A stretch of DNA of 64,000 nucleotides from Phoronis australis (Eukaryota; Animalia; Phoronida): NCBI GenBank assembly GCA_002633005.1, contig NMRA01000004.1, positions 1,719,144-1,783,143 on the forward strand. The letters are read 5' to 3'. Every line of letters starts with the position of its first letter. Positions within the stretch are counted from its first letter, which is position 1. The notes beneath the pieces are model-generated. The model did not search any database. It was given only the letters and a program-made list of their open reading frames with translations, and was not told where the DNA came from. Shown piece after piece: positions 38,953 to 54,000 of the stretch. A program made the translations under genes and the position numbers.

Positions 38953-39035
38953 CTATTGACAAATTTGTGCTAATTGTCAGATTCATTTTTTCTTCTAGTT
39001 TTACCAAGAAGAGACATCTTTGTCACCTGAACACT

Positions 39036-42000
39036 ATGCCAGCACAGAAAACTGCAGGTATATACATTAAATGATTTTGTTAAGTTTTGTTGGGAGGGGT
39101 GGGGTAAAACTGAACCACAACAAAGACATTCTGAACTTGTAAGAGCACAAAAATAGTCAGGTCAGGATTGTGTTTTTCGCTCAGCCCTTTGCACAAAAGC
39201 TTACTGTGGATAAATTACAATGACCTCACAGTATAGTTTCCAATTACATGCGGGGGTTGAACACTGAACTTTTGCAGATTTTCATCCTTGATTGCATAGC
39301 TAAGCCATGCATAACATGTTCAGTGTTCACCAACTGAACGTATCACCATGATTACTTAATACACAGTACAGGTAACAAGTTAGAATGGATGCATATCAAT
39401 TTCTCTACACGTTTCCTGTTGCATAGTCATGCAGCAACCTGTAAAACTATTGTTACATATCTTGTTTCCATATTTTGTTTTTAATTTACTGATAACTAGC
39501 ATTGATAGCCATTATAATAATATAATTTGGACAGATTATGAAGTTATAAACTTAAATTTCAGAGTCAACAATTCTCCATATTGACTGATGCTATAGTAAT
39601 GCAGTTTGAATCCTTTTTAAAAGCTTTTTCTAAGTAATGAAATAATCGTCACAATTTGATTCCGTGACCTTTCTGTTCATAAGCTTCGACTTCGCCTCTG
39701 TAACTCCAGCATATCACCGAACCTGGAAGTCTTTTAGCCTTTTGATGTCATTCAGATTCTGATATCACATTTATTTTTAAATAACTGTGAAATATAAACC
39801 AGCAGGTGAATGGAGACTGCATCAAAGCATCACAGTTCCCATCATCATACTATTGTACAGAAGGTGTGTTTTGAAAGGCTAGAATGTTCAGTACACGTAC
39901 ACTCTGTTTGTACTGACATGCAGCTTGCTATCTCATTGATATTGATCACCAAATGGCATCTGTAAATTGTTTTACATTAAAAATGATTGTATGATCATAA
40001 AATGTGATATCTTTCCCAAAATATAATAGATTGTTATTTTGTCCAAATGGATTATCTCCAGGAAGTTTTTACAAAATCTCTCCTCAATCTTTTAGGTAAA
40101 AAATGATGGAACGAGTGATTGACATATGGTCGAAACCAAAACATAGCCTCTTTGCACGTATTACTTTGAGGATGTATTCATATAACAATTATTGACATTC
40201 AAACTCGGTCAATAAGTTGGTTTTCAAACCCAAAAATGTCAGTCTGTCCGTCATTATCATATTTTGGGGTCTTTAAACCAACATAATTTCTGTAGCCCTG
40301 ACAAATGTATTGAAAGCTAATTTCATTTTGTGGGTGTATGTCCGAGTTATTATAACCTAAGGAGGTGTTTCATAAAGAAATGGTATTATTTACATGAACC
40401 TAATTTGTACTAATTCACACTTTTGATGAAAAGAACTGTACAACAAGAAGTCTTAAACCTTGTTAAATTTGTGGATAATTCTTTCAAATTAAGAGAGTCC
40501 TTGTTAGCATCACTTTATAACTGAAAATTTTATTGTACTTAGGGCGTATAGTAACAATAAAGGCTGATCATATTGACCTATGTGTCTTTTGTTCATCGTC
40601 AGCAACTTTATGGAATTCTATCCTAAATCATTCCTGCTCAGCTCCATCTATCAACATTTTAAGTCCATGAGAATTATATTTTTATTGTTAATTAGGATAT
40701 GAAATTGGTGGAATTTAAGTGTTAATGAATATTGTTTTTGTTACTGTGAAAATACTTCAATTAGGGACAAAAACAATAGCTAAAATTGCCGAGTTTCTAT
40801 TTTTCAGAGGCTTACCACATTGTTGCAAATGCTCAAAATTTTACCAAATGTTGTTTGGTAATAGCTATGCCATACAGACCATGGTAAAAACAAAGTAATT
40901 TTTCCTGAAAAGATGTTTTTGTTGAGAAATTTGGCAGAGTGAAATTTCATCTGTCCTCCATATTGTGTCCCAGTCTGAAGAATTTTTACCGTATTACTAT
41001 TGACACTATTTTCATTCCAATATTCAAGTGAATCAATTTCTTTCAGTTGTTTTGTATAATCATCATATAATGGATCAACAATAAATTTATTGTTATCATA
41101 AGTAATTTACATTACTAAACTTAACTGAGATGGGGTTTCTACAATTACTTTCCAAGGTGCCAAGTCTGCCAAGCCCAAAACTGGAGTGCCTGCTCGTGAA
41201 TTGTGGTTGAATGCTGTCAAGACAAGAACAGGAAGTGTGTTTGAATTGTTTTCATACACTACAGTTTCAGTTTTAACTCACAGTATGCAGGCAGGTTGCA
41301 TCTGAAGGTTATTCTGTTCTGTATTTTTGAATTCACCTATAAGTTTCCTAACTTTTTCTGAAGAGTGATTTGCCACAAGTGACATATTGTTGTGGCTCAC
41401 AACATTACATTTAATCTTTATAACATTTTATATGATGTTAATCAAACTTCATTAAAAGTAATGTAGTTTTTCAAAAGTACTGGGTCTGCTGAAATGAATT
41501 TGTATGTGTGAAAATTAAATTGTCCTGTCATCAGTGAGACTGGAAAAATGTCTTGAATTAATGCCTGTTATTCTGAAAACGTTTCAACCCTGCCTTTTCA
41601 TGTTCAAGTTTATTGAAATCCCTAAATAACACACAGACAGTTTTCTATAGTTGATCATGGAAGTATTGTCATTTGTCTGTCGTTTGTATGGCAAAAACTC
41701 ATGTTTTGAGGACTGCCTTTATTTTCAGCTCTGAACACAGGTAGCAGGAAGCCAGGTCACCCCGGTAAGAGGTCACCTGAGGAATATTGGACTGACACCT
41801 TGAGAAAGTCAGGAAGTAAGTCATTCTTTCTGGCCCTTCATTTTTGTTTGAACTTTGACTCAAACTCAGACTCAATATATTTCTAATACATAAATTTTTG
41901 TTTCTGAAATTGCTACTTTTTCATCTTTTTCCTTGAGTCAAGAATGAAATGAGATGAGAGTTTGTTTCTGAGCTTGTTTCCAAGCTTAGTACTGGAAACC

Positions 42001-45000
42001 TATGCCATAATTGCTATTGTGGCAATCCACTGATGAAATGTAGGTGGCAGTAGATTTTTTGCACAATTGTTCGCTGCCACCTAAAATTCACGTGTGACAT
42101 CTATGAAGTTTTTAAGTAGTGGGATTATTAGCCACTTTCCAGGAAACTACATTGCCGTCTTTGATTCTGTGGTATTTACCCACAATGCTATGCATCCGTG
42201 ATGCGTATGCATCCAGCGATACACTGATACCGTGCTAATTACTATTTTACATTAAAATTAGTTTGCCATTTTGTCACTCTGGTGCTCCTAAAGCTTTGCT
42301 GTTACACAGTAAGTTGCTAGGCAGACATGAAACTTTTGAAAAGCTGAATGAAGCAGGATAAACATTCTTCACTTATCCAACTAGGCTCAGAAATGTATTA
42401 GCGGCCCTATAGTTCCAAAACTAGGTCAATCATACAATGTATTTTTCTACTTTACAAATTCAGGGTGTGGGAATTCGTTAAGATCATCATTCCATCAAAT
42501 TACTGCTGTTTTGCTTGAATGTTCAAATGACTTGCTCTAACTAGTCAAAGAAATGCCCATGAATAAAAAAAAACAATTTTGCTCAGTGGAATTTGAGATG
42601 TGAGCAAGGTGCAGTTGCTTTTGTGTCGTCTAACACACAAGAATTGTTTGTGGGCTATTTGTCTTTTGTTAGTTATAGCGTTACCTAACATTGTGTACAC
42701 TACAGTGGAACACAGTTGGCCTTAACTGTTGTGAAAGGTTCCATTTCTATATCAACACTTACTGCTTATTAAAATTGTTGTAGTTTTAAAGCTCCATTTC
42801 GCCCTGTTTAGCTGACATGAAAAAGAATTAGGCCTTTTTCTCTCATAGAATGGGTCTCACTATATTCTTTACTACGATAGGATTTTTTTCCATTACCAAG
42901 AACAGCATCACACCATCAGCGGCTCAAGTAAATGCTTAAGACTTTTGTGAAATTGGCCAACTTCATTATTGTGAATTATTTGAAAATGGTGCGACTTGAG
43001 TTGCCGGCTCATTCAATTCAAGATTGGATGAGCGTGGTAATGTTTTTATTTCGGTTAAGCATGTAACAATGACAGCTAAACAGTGGCAAAATGTTCGTTT
43101 AAGTAATATTACCTTTGTTAGATTCAACTGAATTAGTCTTGTCTATTTCCACCTCCTTACACATTGGTAAATGAATAGTGTTTTATTGAAACTATATTTG
43201 TTGTGTGAATTGCAAATATTTGTTTAAGTTGTATTTATTGATGCGGCCAAAAATAGGTTACTGTAAACACTCATGTTTACGAATTGATTCTTGATTTACG
43301 AGGCTGGAAATGAGGGGGGCACGCACCCAAAGTTCATAGACTTTTCTGCAATGCTAGTTTCTAATGCGAGAGTTGAATTAGCACTTTCTAACTGGCTTGT
43401 TTTCGAGTAGCTAAGTATGCAACTTGAAGTATGAGAAAATACACATTGAAAAAATAACTAGTAGGGGTTGTGTTTATGTAAGCATGGGCGTTAAAATGTC
43501 TATAGTAACTGATTCTGGTCAAAATGGATGTGATATTTTTAGTTGTCCATGTTAACAAAAAGAAATATCTCCTGATACTAGTTAAAATGGATCTGGGTGA
43601 TTCTTTTTTAACCAGTGTCATTTGCTTCCTGCTGAAATGGGTTGGGTTATCGCTTTCTTTGTGTCACCCCCATCGTAACCTGATGCCAAGTGCATTAGGT
43701 CATTGTCATTTTTTTACCCACCACCACTTGATGTCAGCTTTGAGACTCAGGTCTGAGTCGGGTGCAGATTAGAACTAATTCTGTTGGCCTAATTAGTAAA
43801 ATATATGGGAATAATTTTTGGAGTGATCAGGCATGACATATTTTTAGGATTACTTGCATGAATCTTAGTTGGTGTTGTAGTGTGAAATTTTTGAGTTCAA
43901 GTATTTGGTTTACTTTCTTTTGCACCTTTTTGGGTTTGTGTTTTAACTGATTTCTAGGAGCGATTCCTGGATTTAAAAAGTCTTTTGTTTGAAGTTTTGA
44001 ATTCTTCTCACTAATTTTAACATAAAGTGACCAAACTTTATAAGCATTTTTTGGGGTTAAAAATAATTTGTTGTGCATTGTTCTGTGCATGTTTGAGCTG
44101 TACTGAATGGTGGTTTTGTAATATCACTACTACCTTGGGATGTCTCTTTCCAACAATGATGAGTTTTGATTGTTTTAATTTTGTGATGTATGATGAGCTC
44201 ACGTGTGTTTTTTGGCTTAACAAAAACCGAGTCATGAAATAATTATTGCAATTAAAACTTTTTGTTTTCTGTGGAGAAATGGAGTTCACAGACATTTGTT
44301 TGATTAACAAACTTCATTCTTATTTTATCTTACTTTAAAGTTGGCCATTTTTGACCCGGCAAAGCAGCGCTCAATATCACTTTAAGTAAATAAAACGTGT
44401 AACTTGAAAGTAAATTCAAAGGACAGAAAGCATGATAAGAATAATGTTGCAGCCATTTCCTTTGTGAATTTATAGATGACTTCTCCTGGTCATGGTATGC
44501 TGTTAACTTGTATGCTGTTAATTTATAGATGACTTCCCCTGGTCATGGTATGCTGTTAACTTATATATGCTGTTAATTTATAGATGACTTCTCCTGGTCA
44601 TGGTATGCTGTTAACTTTTCATCCTTTGTGTTAACATGGTTGCTAAAATTGAGACAGTGTAACCATATGTATATGTGTTTCATGCATGATTTGCAGTTAT
44701 TGAAATTGTAAACAGTCACTGCTGTCATCATTTCAGCTTTGAACCATGAAGGTGGCGACACCTTTAGTGGAGTAAAGAAACCGAGTGATTCTCAGATGGC
44801 TTACTTAAGCACACCTCACTTCATGAGGCAGATGGCTGGTACAGAGAAGTCCCGTCGTAGTCAGGACCCAACAGGTATGTGGTGATAGTAGCATGAAAGG
44901 TATTGTATGCTGCGCTGGAATAGGCTAATTTACCGTACTTCAACTTTTGAACAAATTTCTTTCATAATCTCTTTGATTTATGTAAGTACAGAACTGTGTC

Positions 45001-48000
45001 AATGCTCGTTCCATCTACAGTTTGATGGTCAGTAGTTAAGTGGTTTCAGTTAAATCTAAAGGCTGTTTGTACTAATGCTAAAGTTGACGCGTTGGTGTTT
45101 TGTGAAGCATTGGTCAGTGGAAACACTTAAATCCCCACTTGGACTGAAGTTACAAACTCATCACAACTTCACACCAGACAAGTGGATTAACTGCAGAGCA
45201 TTGACACGTCAATACAGTGGGAACACTTAACTTCTGTGTCGTCAAAATTATTGGCAGTTGTCACTGTCATCAATGTCACATACTGTGTTAAAAATGTGTA
45301 AATATTTTGTTTAAATGTTCACCGTTCTCCTGCTATAAGCATTTCATTTCAGTTATTATCTGAATAATTTATGTAATCGACTTAATAATATGTTATTTAA
45401 AAAATATACAAATTTAAATTAAAAAGTTCAAGACTGCAGGACTACCTTTCAGTGACTTTGCTGATGCTTGTATAAGTTGACAATGACTTTGGTGTTTGTT
45501 AGATAACGGGAAAGCTCAAGTTAACTTTGCAGATCTAGTAGTGGATTTAACACAGTGGGAACTGTGTGGTGACTGAGGTGGAATTGTGAGGTGACTGGTT
45601 CAATATTATATGGTGATGTGACTTGTTAAGTCACCTACAATTATTGAAATGCATTGTTTTAACAGTGTATTTATACTATGTTAACATGTGCTCTGTTTTG
45701 AATATGAATTGAACAGTTGTACTTAACATAACAAGCATATACTGGGATATTGTTTTAATTACAGTTATTATGATTATCAGTGGTCAGAGTGCTTAGCTAT
45801 TATTATGGAGATTTTGGCTTATGATTTTCATTAATATTGTGGCATAAGTGACCAGTGGCCTTTTACAAGGATTAAATCTATCTATGTCACCATAACTTGT
45901 AATATCACTATGTTACTTTTATGTTGTGAAGAAAATTATTAATCATGAACATTGTTAAGTGTTGAACAAGTGTTATGCCACTTTTATATAATTACGTGTT
46001 GCATCAGGCATTTGAAGTCACTGGTGTTGGTGCTTGTGTTTTAGTAATGCCATCCGTTGAGTCTCCCGATTTATAACCGGTATATTTCTCTGTCAGCGCG
46101 TACAGCTCCTGGGACTCCCGCTTACAAATCACCTGAAGAGTACTATGACGACATACTGGCCTTGAAGAAGCAGGTGACTGCCTTAAACACAGAGAACTCA
46201 ACGTTAAAAGCAAGACTCAGGCGAATGGAGGACAGCCACTTGAAGAAGGTAAGATACTATAGCTTTTGAAGGTTGGGATAATTTTAATCATAGATGCTGT
46301 ACATGTATTCAGGACTCCGGTAGGATGATGAATTGTCCTCACATCCTTTTCGTTATTTGCATTCAGGCAATGCTGTTGTTTGATATAATTTGCTAGTTTC
46401 TTGGTCTGTCGTATATTAAGGGCAACCGTTGTAGATAGGAGGATTGTTTTTTCATGTTCCTCTATAACTTGTGTTAGATAGATTCAAATCTTGAGAAAAA
46501 ACCTGTAATTTTAGTCATTCATGTTTTGATTTTCCGAAAAACATTTTTCTTAATTTTCTTCCAAAAGGCAAAGACAGCCACCATCTCTTGTTTTTCAATT
46601 TAAACTGCTTTGGATAATTTTTAAGGAAAAGGAAATAGACCAACTTCTGGATCCTACCAGGAGTGAAGAGTTGAGACGTACACTGGCAGATAAAAAGCCA
46701 GACACAGGAACCACGATTCACAGCCTGAAACAGAGGATACTTCGTCTTGAACAGCAACTCCGTGACAAAGAGTCAGCGTACATGTAAGGGGTGGCAGTGA
46801 CATGATTACTGGTGTTATCTGAGATACAACTTATTCATAAACAATTTCACGTTCCGTATTCGCATTCCATACTCAAATTGATTGAATTCATGTTATGTGT
46901 TTCTGATGACTCGTCAGAATTTTTTTAGTCTTTTCATGAACAGTGCAACTCAAATTTTGGGATTTTGAGTAGAAAAGTCATAAGTGAGTTTGACTCTTAG
47001 TTCTGAGGTTTGATTTTGAGTCCTGGCTGTGATCCGTGCCAGTTTACAATGTAGTGTTGTCTATACTGAGATCAGTTTCTAGAGCTTCATCCAAAACATC
47101 AATCTTTAAAGCACCATGCTGCACCATCTTTTGAATCTGATGGCTGTGGTTAATGTTTTGGGGGTGGAACTGTTTGTTTTGCTTCTTTAACTTGGTGAGT
47201 TAGCATTCTTTATTATACATGATGGCAGCTATAAAGTCAGTGGAGTTGATTGATTTCTTGAGTGAAAATCGTCAGGGCCACTAACTTGAGTTCTTCCAGT
47301 TTGAAGTTTGCAATTTTGTCTTGACTTAATTAGCCCTGCGTGGCTGTTTGACATGGAAATGATACTGAATCATTCTAAATGATACTGAATCATTCTAAAT
47401 GATACTGAATCATTCTAAATGAAACTGAATCATTCTACGCATATTACAAGGATGCAGTTAATCCTGGCCAGTTCTGGGTATTAGTTGAACTCTCTTATTT
47501 ACTTTCCCAAAGTAGAGCCTTTTCAGTCACACTTGCTTGAGAATTAAGTTTTTGCTTAGTACTTTTCTGTTATTGATTACATAACTGATACCTTTAGTTA
47601 GTTGTGTAAATTGAATATTTGTATGGCACATCTGTAAATCTTTTATTTGTGTAGCTGTTGGTTGTGCTTACAATTGGTCACGAAATCTAACTTACTGAGT
47701 AAGTCAACGTGAATGTACCAGTAAAATGTGGTTGCCATGTTTTGTTTTCAGTAAGCTTCATAGTGATATGAAGAACACTAAAGTTGAAGAAATGAAAGTA
47801 CAGATGGAGGCGTTCTATGGGGAGATAGTACGTCTACAGAGCATAAAGGCAGGGGAACTTGCCAAGAGGTGAGTCGCATGTACTTAATCAATGATCAATA
47901 TGATTTACTTAATAATAATGCATTTTTGGCTGTTAGTGAGGATGAACAAATGCTGTGTAGATCTTGTCATTGCTTTACATATAACAGAATTCCAGTAATG

Positions 48001-51000
48001 TCAGTAAGAGTTATTTTGCAATTTGGAAAAAATACAAATAGTGCATTAATTTTCATAATAACTAGGGATCCTTGTTACCTGCATAATTTTGAATAGTGTA
48101 ATTTTTCTTATTTTTTTTTGTTAAAACCAGTGAAATAGACAGAGATCGTGTAACTTCGTACTATAGTTTACATAATAGTCACAGGCTTTGCATACCAAAG
48201 TCAGCCATTACACAAATGCTCAAAACAAAAACAGCACAGTGGTTCAGCATGGTAGTGAGCTATTCTAAGTCATATTCCTGGGTTGTATAAGGTCTGTGTT
48301 TTATTAAATATGTGATGTGAATTTGTTGTTTAGTATTCTAACTTGAGTTTTAATTATTTCAAATGGATCTGCTCCAGTGTTGGTCATGTACTCTTATGAT
48401 TTGTTTACTTTCTTGAAGCTGAACTGTCCCCTGGAATCTATCCACACATTCTGAACAGGATGACAGAGTGTTCACACAAACATCCCAGAGCCAAATAACC
48501 ATTTCCTAATATTGCAACATTGTGATGAATTTCGTATGATTTCCATTAGTTGAATCACTAAAACAATCTTAACAACTGTTATTAAGATTGTTTTCGTGAG
48601 TCACTTAGTTCAGTTGCACCACATTATTGTCCTGGTGATACTCACATCAAACTGTCCATTTAAAAAATGGTATCAACAACCATGTTTTGTGCTGGACTTA
48701 AGAAAGTAAAACTAGTTCTGTACACAACTGACAATGACCTTGATCATATGTTTTTGGTCAAAACAGAAGCACCACCTTTATTTACGTACTAGGCGCTAAT
48801 TTCAAAGTTCGTGACAATGACTTTATTGTGACCTAGATGTGCTACACAGTGAAAGCTTTGTTGAGCAAACTGTTGCACAGCTGCGTACATTTTACTTTCA
48901 GAAATTTCTTGAAACAGTACATGTTACCACTTGGAATGGGCAACTTAAGAACTCTGGAAGTTAGTCCATGTCTTCCAAATTTTGATCTCTGATTAGATCA
49001 GGTTCACAAGCCCAGCACAGGAAATCAAGTAGTTATCCACTGATTCTGTGCTTTACACTGGATTACTGGTACTCAAAATTTTGAAAACTTTTAAGTCTCC
49101 ATATTGCACACTCCAAATGGATTCTTACTGTGGAAATGCGCCATGTTTTTGTCAGACCTTTTTTACTAAGGTGTGACTTGCCTTTGGTGAAAGCTGGTAT
49201 GTTTAACTTAACTCGTCTTGGAAAGAGGAGTTCATCAATAGTAAAACCTCTAATATCTGCCATAACTTTGTCTTTGGGTAAAAGGTATTTCAGAAATTCA
49301 GATTTTTGAACAGTGTACTTGTCACTACCCCTGCCCCCCAAATGCTTTAGATACGTACATGGTGTACCCATTTTTGGTGCAATTGCAACCACATACTTTG
49401 CAGTATTGTGTGATTTGTACTGGCTTTAGGTTTCACCCCCTATCAATGATTTCAAATCAGCTGATCTGCTACCAAATACAAAACACAAGCAGGCACAACA
49501 GCTCAGAAGGCTTGTTTTACAGACAGGCTGTACTGACTCCAGTGTTTAGTGTAGCATGCCTGTAATGGTGTGACCTCAATATGGCGCTCCCCAGGAATTC
49601 GACAGTTTCCATAATGGAATCTATCTATAGACTAGGAATACATTTTTTGTGATTGGTAACAAAATGCTTTTGTTTCAGCCAACGACCCCAGACAATGCAG
49701 ACCTCTTCTGGAAGCAAGGAAAACACTGCTAAAATTAAGGCCCTGAATGAAACAATTCTACGCATGAACGAGAAGAACGTTAGATTAACTCAGGAAAACA
49801 AGTCTCTCAAAGAGGATCTTGAAAAGTTGTTTGAAGAACAAGAAAAGCATAAGGCATCTATTGGTAAATAGACCATAAGATTGTGTACTAATTTGAGGTC
49901 ATCTATTTTCTGAGGCTAAGAAACATGTGGGCTACACCCAACTAACATGTCCAAGGTGACGTTATACACGTGGTTCACTTTTTGACATGTTGGGCTCTAT
50001 ACCACAAGTTCAAAGGGATATGTGGGTGTGAGATGCTTGCCAGCTACAATCTTAAAGGAGATACAGTTTTACCTCATAGAAGCAATTATGCATGGCCCTG
50101 TTAAGAATTTTCTTATATTTATTCTGTAAATATGTTTTAAGTTCATTAGTTTGTTTGTGGAGTTTGAACATTCTTGGTCCTATTTATGTGTATTTTTAAT
50201 CAGGTAATATATGTCTCTGCCCGGTACCACATGTGCAAACAGTTGTCAATAACATGGCCTTATTCTTAAGTCACATGACTTGCTTATTAAAATAACAATA
50301 TGTAGATATGTTCTAATGCGCATACTTTTCGTCAATCATATTGTATGCCATGCATGTTGATTATTAAACAATCTTGTCAAGGGGTGGTATACACTGATAT
50401 CACATTAGTCTTGACTTTCAATAACAGTTGCTCTTGTGCTTAATGGCTTTTAATCAATACTGTGGTATCTTTACAGAGGAATACGAAGACATGAACAAAA
50501 AACAGCTGCTGGCAGCTGTAACTAAGCTCGAGCAGGTAAGTCCTACCAATATCCCAAGGATGTGTTTCAGGTATTACACTTGCCCTGGTGACCAAACAGG
50601 AAGTGTCGCAAATTAAAGAGTTGCCATGTCTTGACAATTTCCATCGTTTTTCTGATGATCCGACATAGTAGATGTGTGTTTGCATTGAACATGGGTGATG
50701 AAATGATTTCACTTTAATTCCTTTTTCAGAGACTGGAAAAGGCAGAAACAGATAATCAGTCAGTTACCTCAGAAATAGAAGAGAGAAATAAAGAAATTAG
50801 TGGTAAGTGTTATCATGTTAATTGCAAAACTAGCTAATGTTGTGAGTCATATACACTGCCATCTATAAAATGAGTGAACGTTTTTAGGATCAATTGAACA
50901 GTCAACGTTCATCATTTTGCAGTATGGATCATCAGGAGTTGATGACTGTTTTATACCACACAAGGTTGATTTGTTATTGTTTGAAGTTCATGAATTCTTT

Positions 51001-54000
51001 ATTTTGACTTGGTTACACAAAATGTTGACTTTGCTCAGGCTATACAATATTGTAATGTTCACCATTTAAAGTTTTTTCCTAACCCATGTTGAACAGGGAA
51101 TCTGAGTAAAACTATTTTATTAAACAAGCAAAAATTGAGCCCAGCACCTTTTACCTTTGCCAAATATGGAACTAAAGATTGCATTCAACATCATTTTAGG
51201 TAAAATGAAACTAGAGGGCAGTATGGCCCAGAAACTCGATCAGCTTGATAAGAGAGAGACAGAGTTGTTGTCTGAGCTACAGAAGGTGACAGGGTCAGCC
51301 AAGAAGTTGAAGGAGGATAGACTACATTACAGGAAGCAGGCTGATGAGAAGGAGTGAGTACACAGCTGATAGGCATGATATGGCTGGTAACTGACCTTTG
51401 TAGGTCTACATATGGCTGGTAACTGACCTTTGTAGGTCTACATTTGCCTGGGACTCCACTTCATTAACGTTAAAGTTGCAATAAAGTTGGGCTCCATCGT
51501 TGAAACTTAGTTTTACTTTAAACCACTTACTGCTGTAAAATTCATCTCAGCTGGTTCCTCCCTCAGAGGAGACGTTATTTTAGGTGTCGCAAAGAATTGT
51601 CATCTTGTTGCTGCTCATAACCGTGTTCAGTGACTAAAATGCCATTACCGTTACAAGTTATCTTGAAGAGCCAGAACTTGAGCAATTCAAAGCTCAAAAA
51701 CAATTTCAAAGCAATTTCATAACACTAAGTGGTCTAAATCTGTTTTTGTGACAGAAGGCAAATTTATAGTTGCTTTAGATGCTTGATAATACTGCCATCT
51801 GACCTCCATGGATCATGTTTCAGTTGACACTATCCATGGACTTGTTAGACAGCTTCCTGTCATTCTTGCAGTCAGCTTTATTGCATGTGCACAACATGAG
51901 ATACCATCAAACCTTTTTGTTTACAGTGCGCAACACGAGATACCATCAAACCTTGTGGTTTACTGTGTACAACATGAGATACCATCAAACCTTGTGGTTT
52001 GCTGTGCACAACATGAGATACCATCAAACCTTGTGGTTTACTGTGCACAACATTATATACCATCAAATCTTGATGTTTACTGTGCACAACATGAGATACC
52101 ATCAAACCTTGTGGTTTACTGTGTACAACTTGAGATACCATCAAACCTTGTGGTTTGCTGTGCACATGAGATACCATCAAACCTTGTGGTTTACTGTGCA
52201 CAACATGAGATACCATTAAACCTTGATGTTTACTACAAGAAGGTGATGTAAATGGGTGTCGACTTCTTGAAGTGTGAAAAACTTGAAGACAGTGAATGGC
52301 ATTTGATTTATGAAATGGAGGTTTGTTGTTTTTTGTCCAAATTCAAGTGGGTCACATGTTTTGACTAGGGGCTCATTGTAGTAAGTACTACTATTAATTG
52401 TAACTTCTACCTAACAGTAAAGAAATCAAGAAACTGAAGAGAGAGATAGATGATCTCCATGTGGAACTGCAAACATTCTATGACCGAGACAAGAGCGCCC
52501 CACCCAAGATTAGTCCAAGGAGGCCAAAAGCAAACAGGTAAGTCGTATGTGGTTCAATGGTACAATGAGAGACCAAGGCATGTCTGCCAATTATAATTGT
52601 TAGTGACAAACCAGTTCCATTAAAGTGTACACAACATGACTCTAGTACCTCAAAACAAATTTTATTATTATATCTTACTTGATTTCAGTGCCTTTAGTGC
52701 ACAGCTCATAAAGAAACACGCAAAAATTGAAAAAATAATAATTATGTACAGCGTCATGGGTTGAACCCAAGTCGTTCGCCATACTGTTCGGATCAGAGAC
52801 AAAGTGTATAGAGTGAAGAGAAAGCAAAGTACATTTAGCATCGAGAAGGTTTGTAGAGGAATCAAAAGATGTGTTTCCGGAGGCTGCAGCAACAGCAGCC
52901 AGGCGGAGAACGTCTCGGTGTTGTGAAGGACACCAAAGTTGCGCAGAAGTGGCATCGCTTCGCGTGCCGAATGAGAGTGTGGGACCTCATCGTGGACCAA
53001 GCGATTCGGTCTGGGGCCACTCTGTGTTCTACCCACTTTGAGGACTCGTGTTTCAACTCCAGTCACAGGAGATGTTACGATGAAGGCCTGGTTCAATAAA
53101 GGACAATATTTATCATTCAGAAACATCCGCTCTTAATTCAGGATCGTCTGTTGGACGACTGGGTTGACTCGCCGAGCCCAATTCTCTCGCGGGAGGATCC
53201 AGTTCATAAGGCTCAAAGTAGAAAAGTACGCAGCCGGAAGCACATTAAACTTGTTCTCACTTTCGTGCAACCCCATTTCCTCATCCTGGCCACCATACCC
53301 GTAAGTTTCTTCATAGTATTCATTCAATTCTTGCTCATAATCGTCGTCGCTTTCAAATTCACTGCTCTCCGCCATTGTTCAATGCTAGTCACTGATCTCT
53401 TGTGTTCAACCCATGACGTCACATGGCGGGAAATGTGAAAATTGGCAAAATTGAAAGAAAAATCAAAATTTCGAGCTAATTACACAAAATAAACATGGGT
53501 TTAGCTAAATTTTACGTCATACATTTATTCTGTGGCCACCGGTAATTCAAAATGTGCAAAAATCCATGGTGTGTACTGTTTAAAACTACTGCTTTTATTT
53601 GAGGATGCAACTCATGTGTCACTCATGGTTAACTCTAGATTGAGTCACAAGATCAATATACTTTAAATGTTATTATAATGAGAAAACACAAGTATCAGAT
53701 TAGTTCAGTTTGCATTCAAGTGGAGTATAGTTGCAGTTGACTATCTTTTCCATGGGAGGTTACTTAGTACTATGTATCATCGTAGAATCAACTTATTACC
53801 TCTTAAATAACTGATTACCTTTGTAGCACTTACAAAGGTGTCGTATTTTGAAAACCTCTTTGTTGCCTGTTATTTATTGGAGAAAGGAAAGCTGGTTCTC
53901 AAAATGTGGATTCCGTGTAAACGATGAATACCTTCGTGCTGCCTTTTCCTGATGCCAGCTTACTTCACAGGAGAGACTCCAAGGAGAGCATCGTCAGTTA

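Noticed and set aside
51808-52251. 147-aa ORF with QHEIPSNLVVYC repeats
   Set aside because: A 39-bp minisatellite open in multiple frames on both strands; the IQCE exon phases already close without it.
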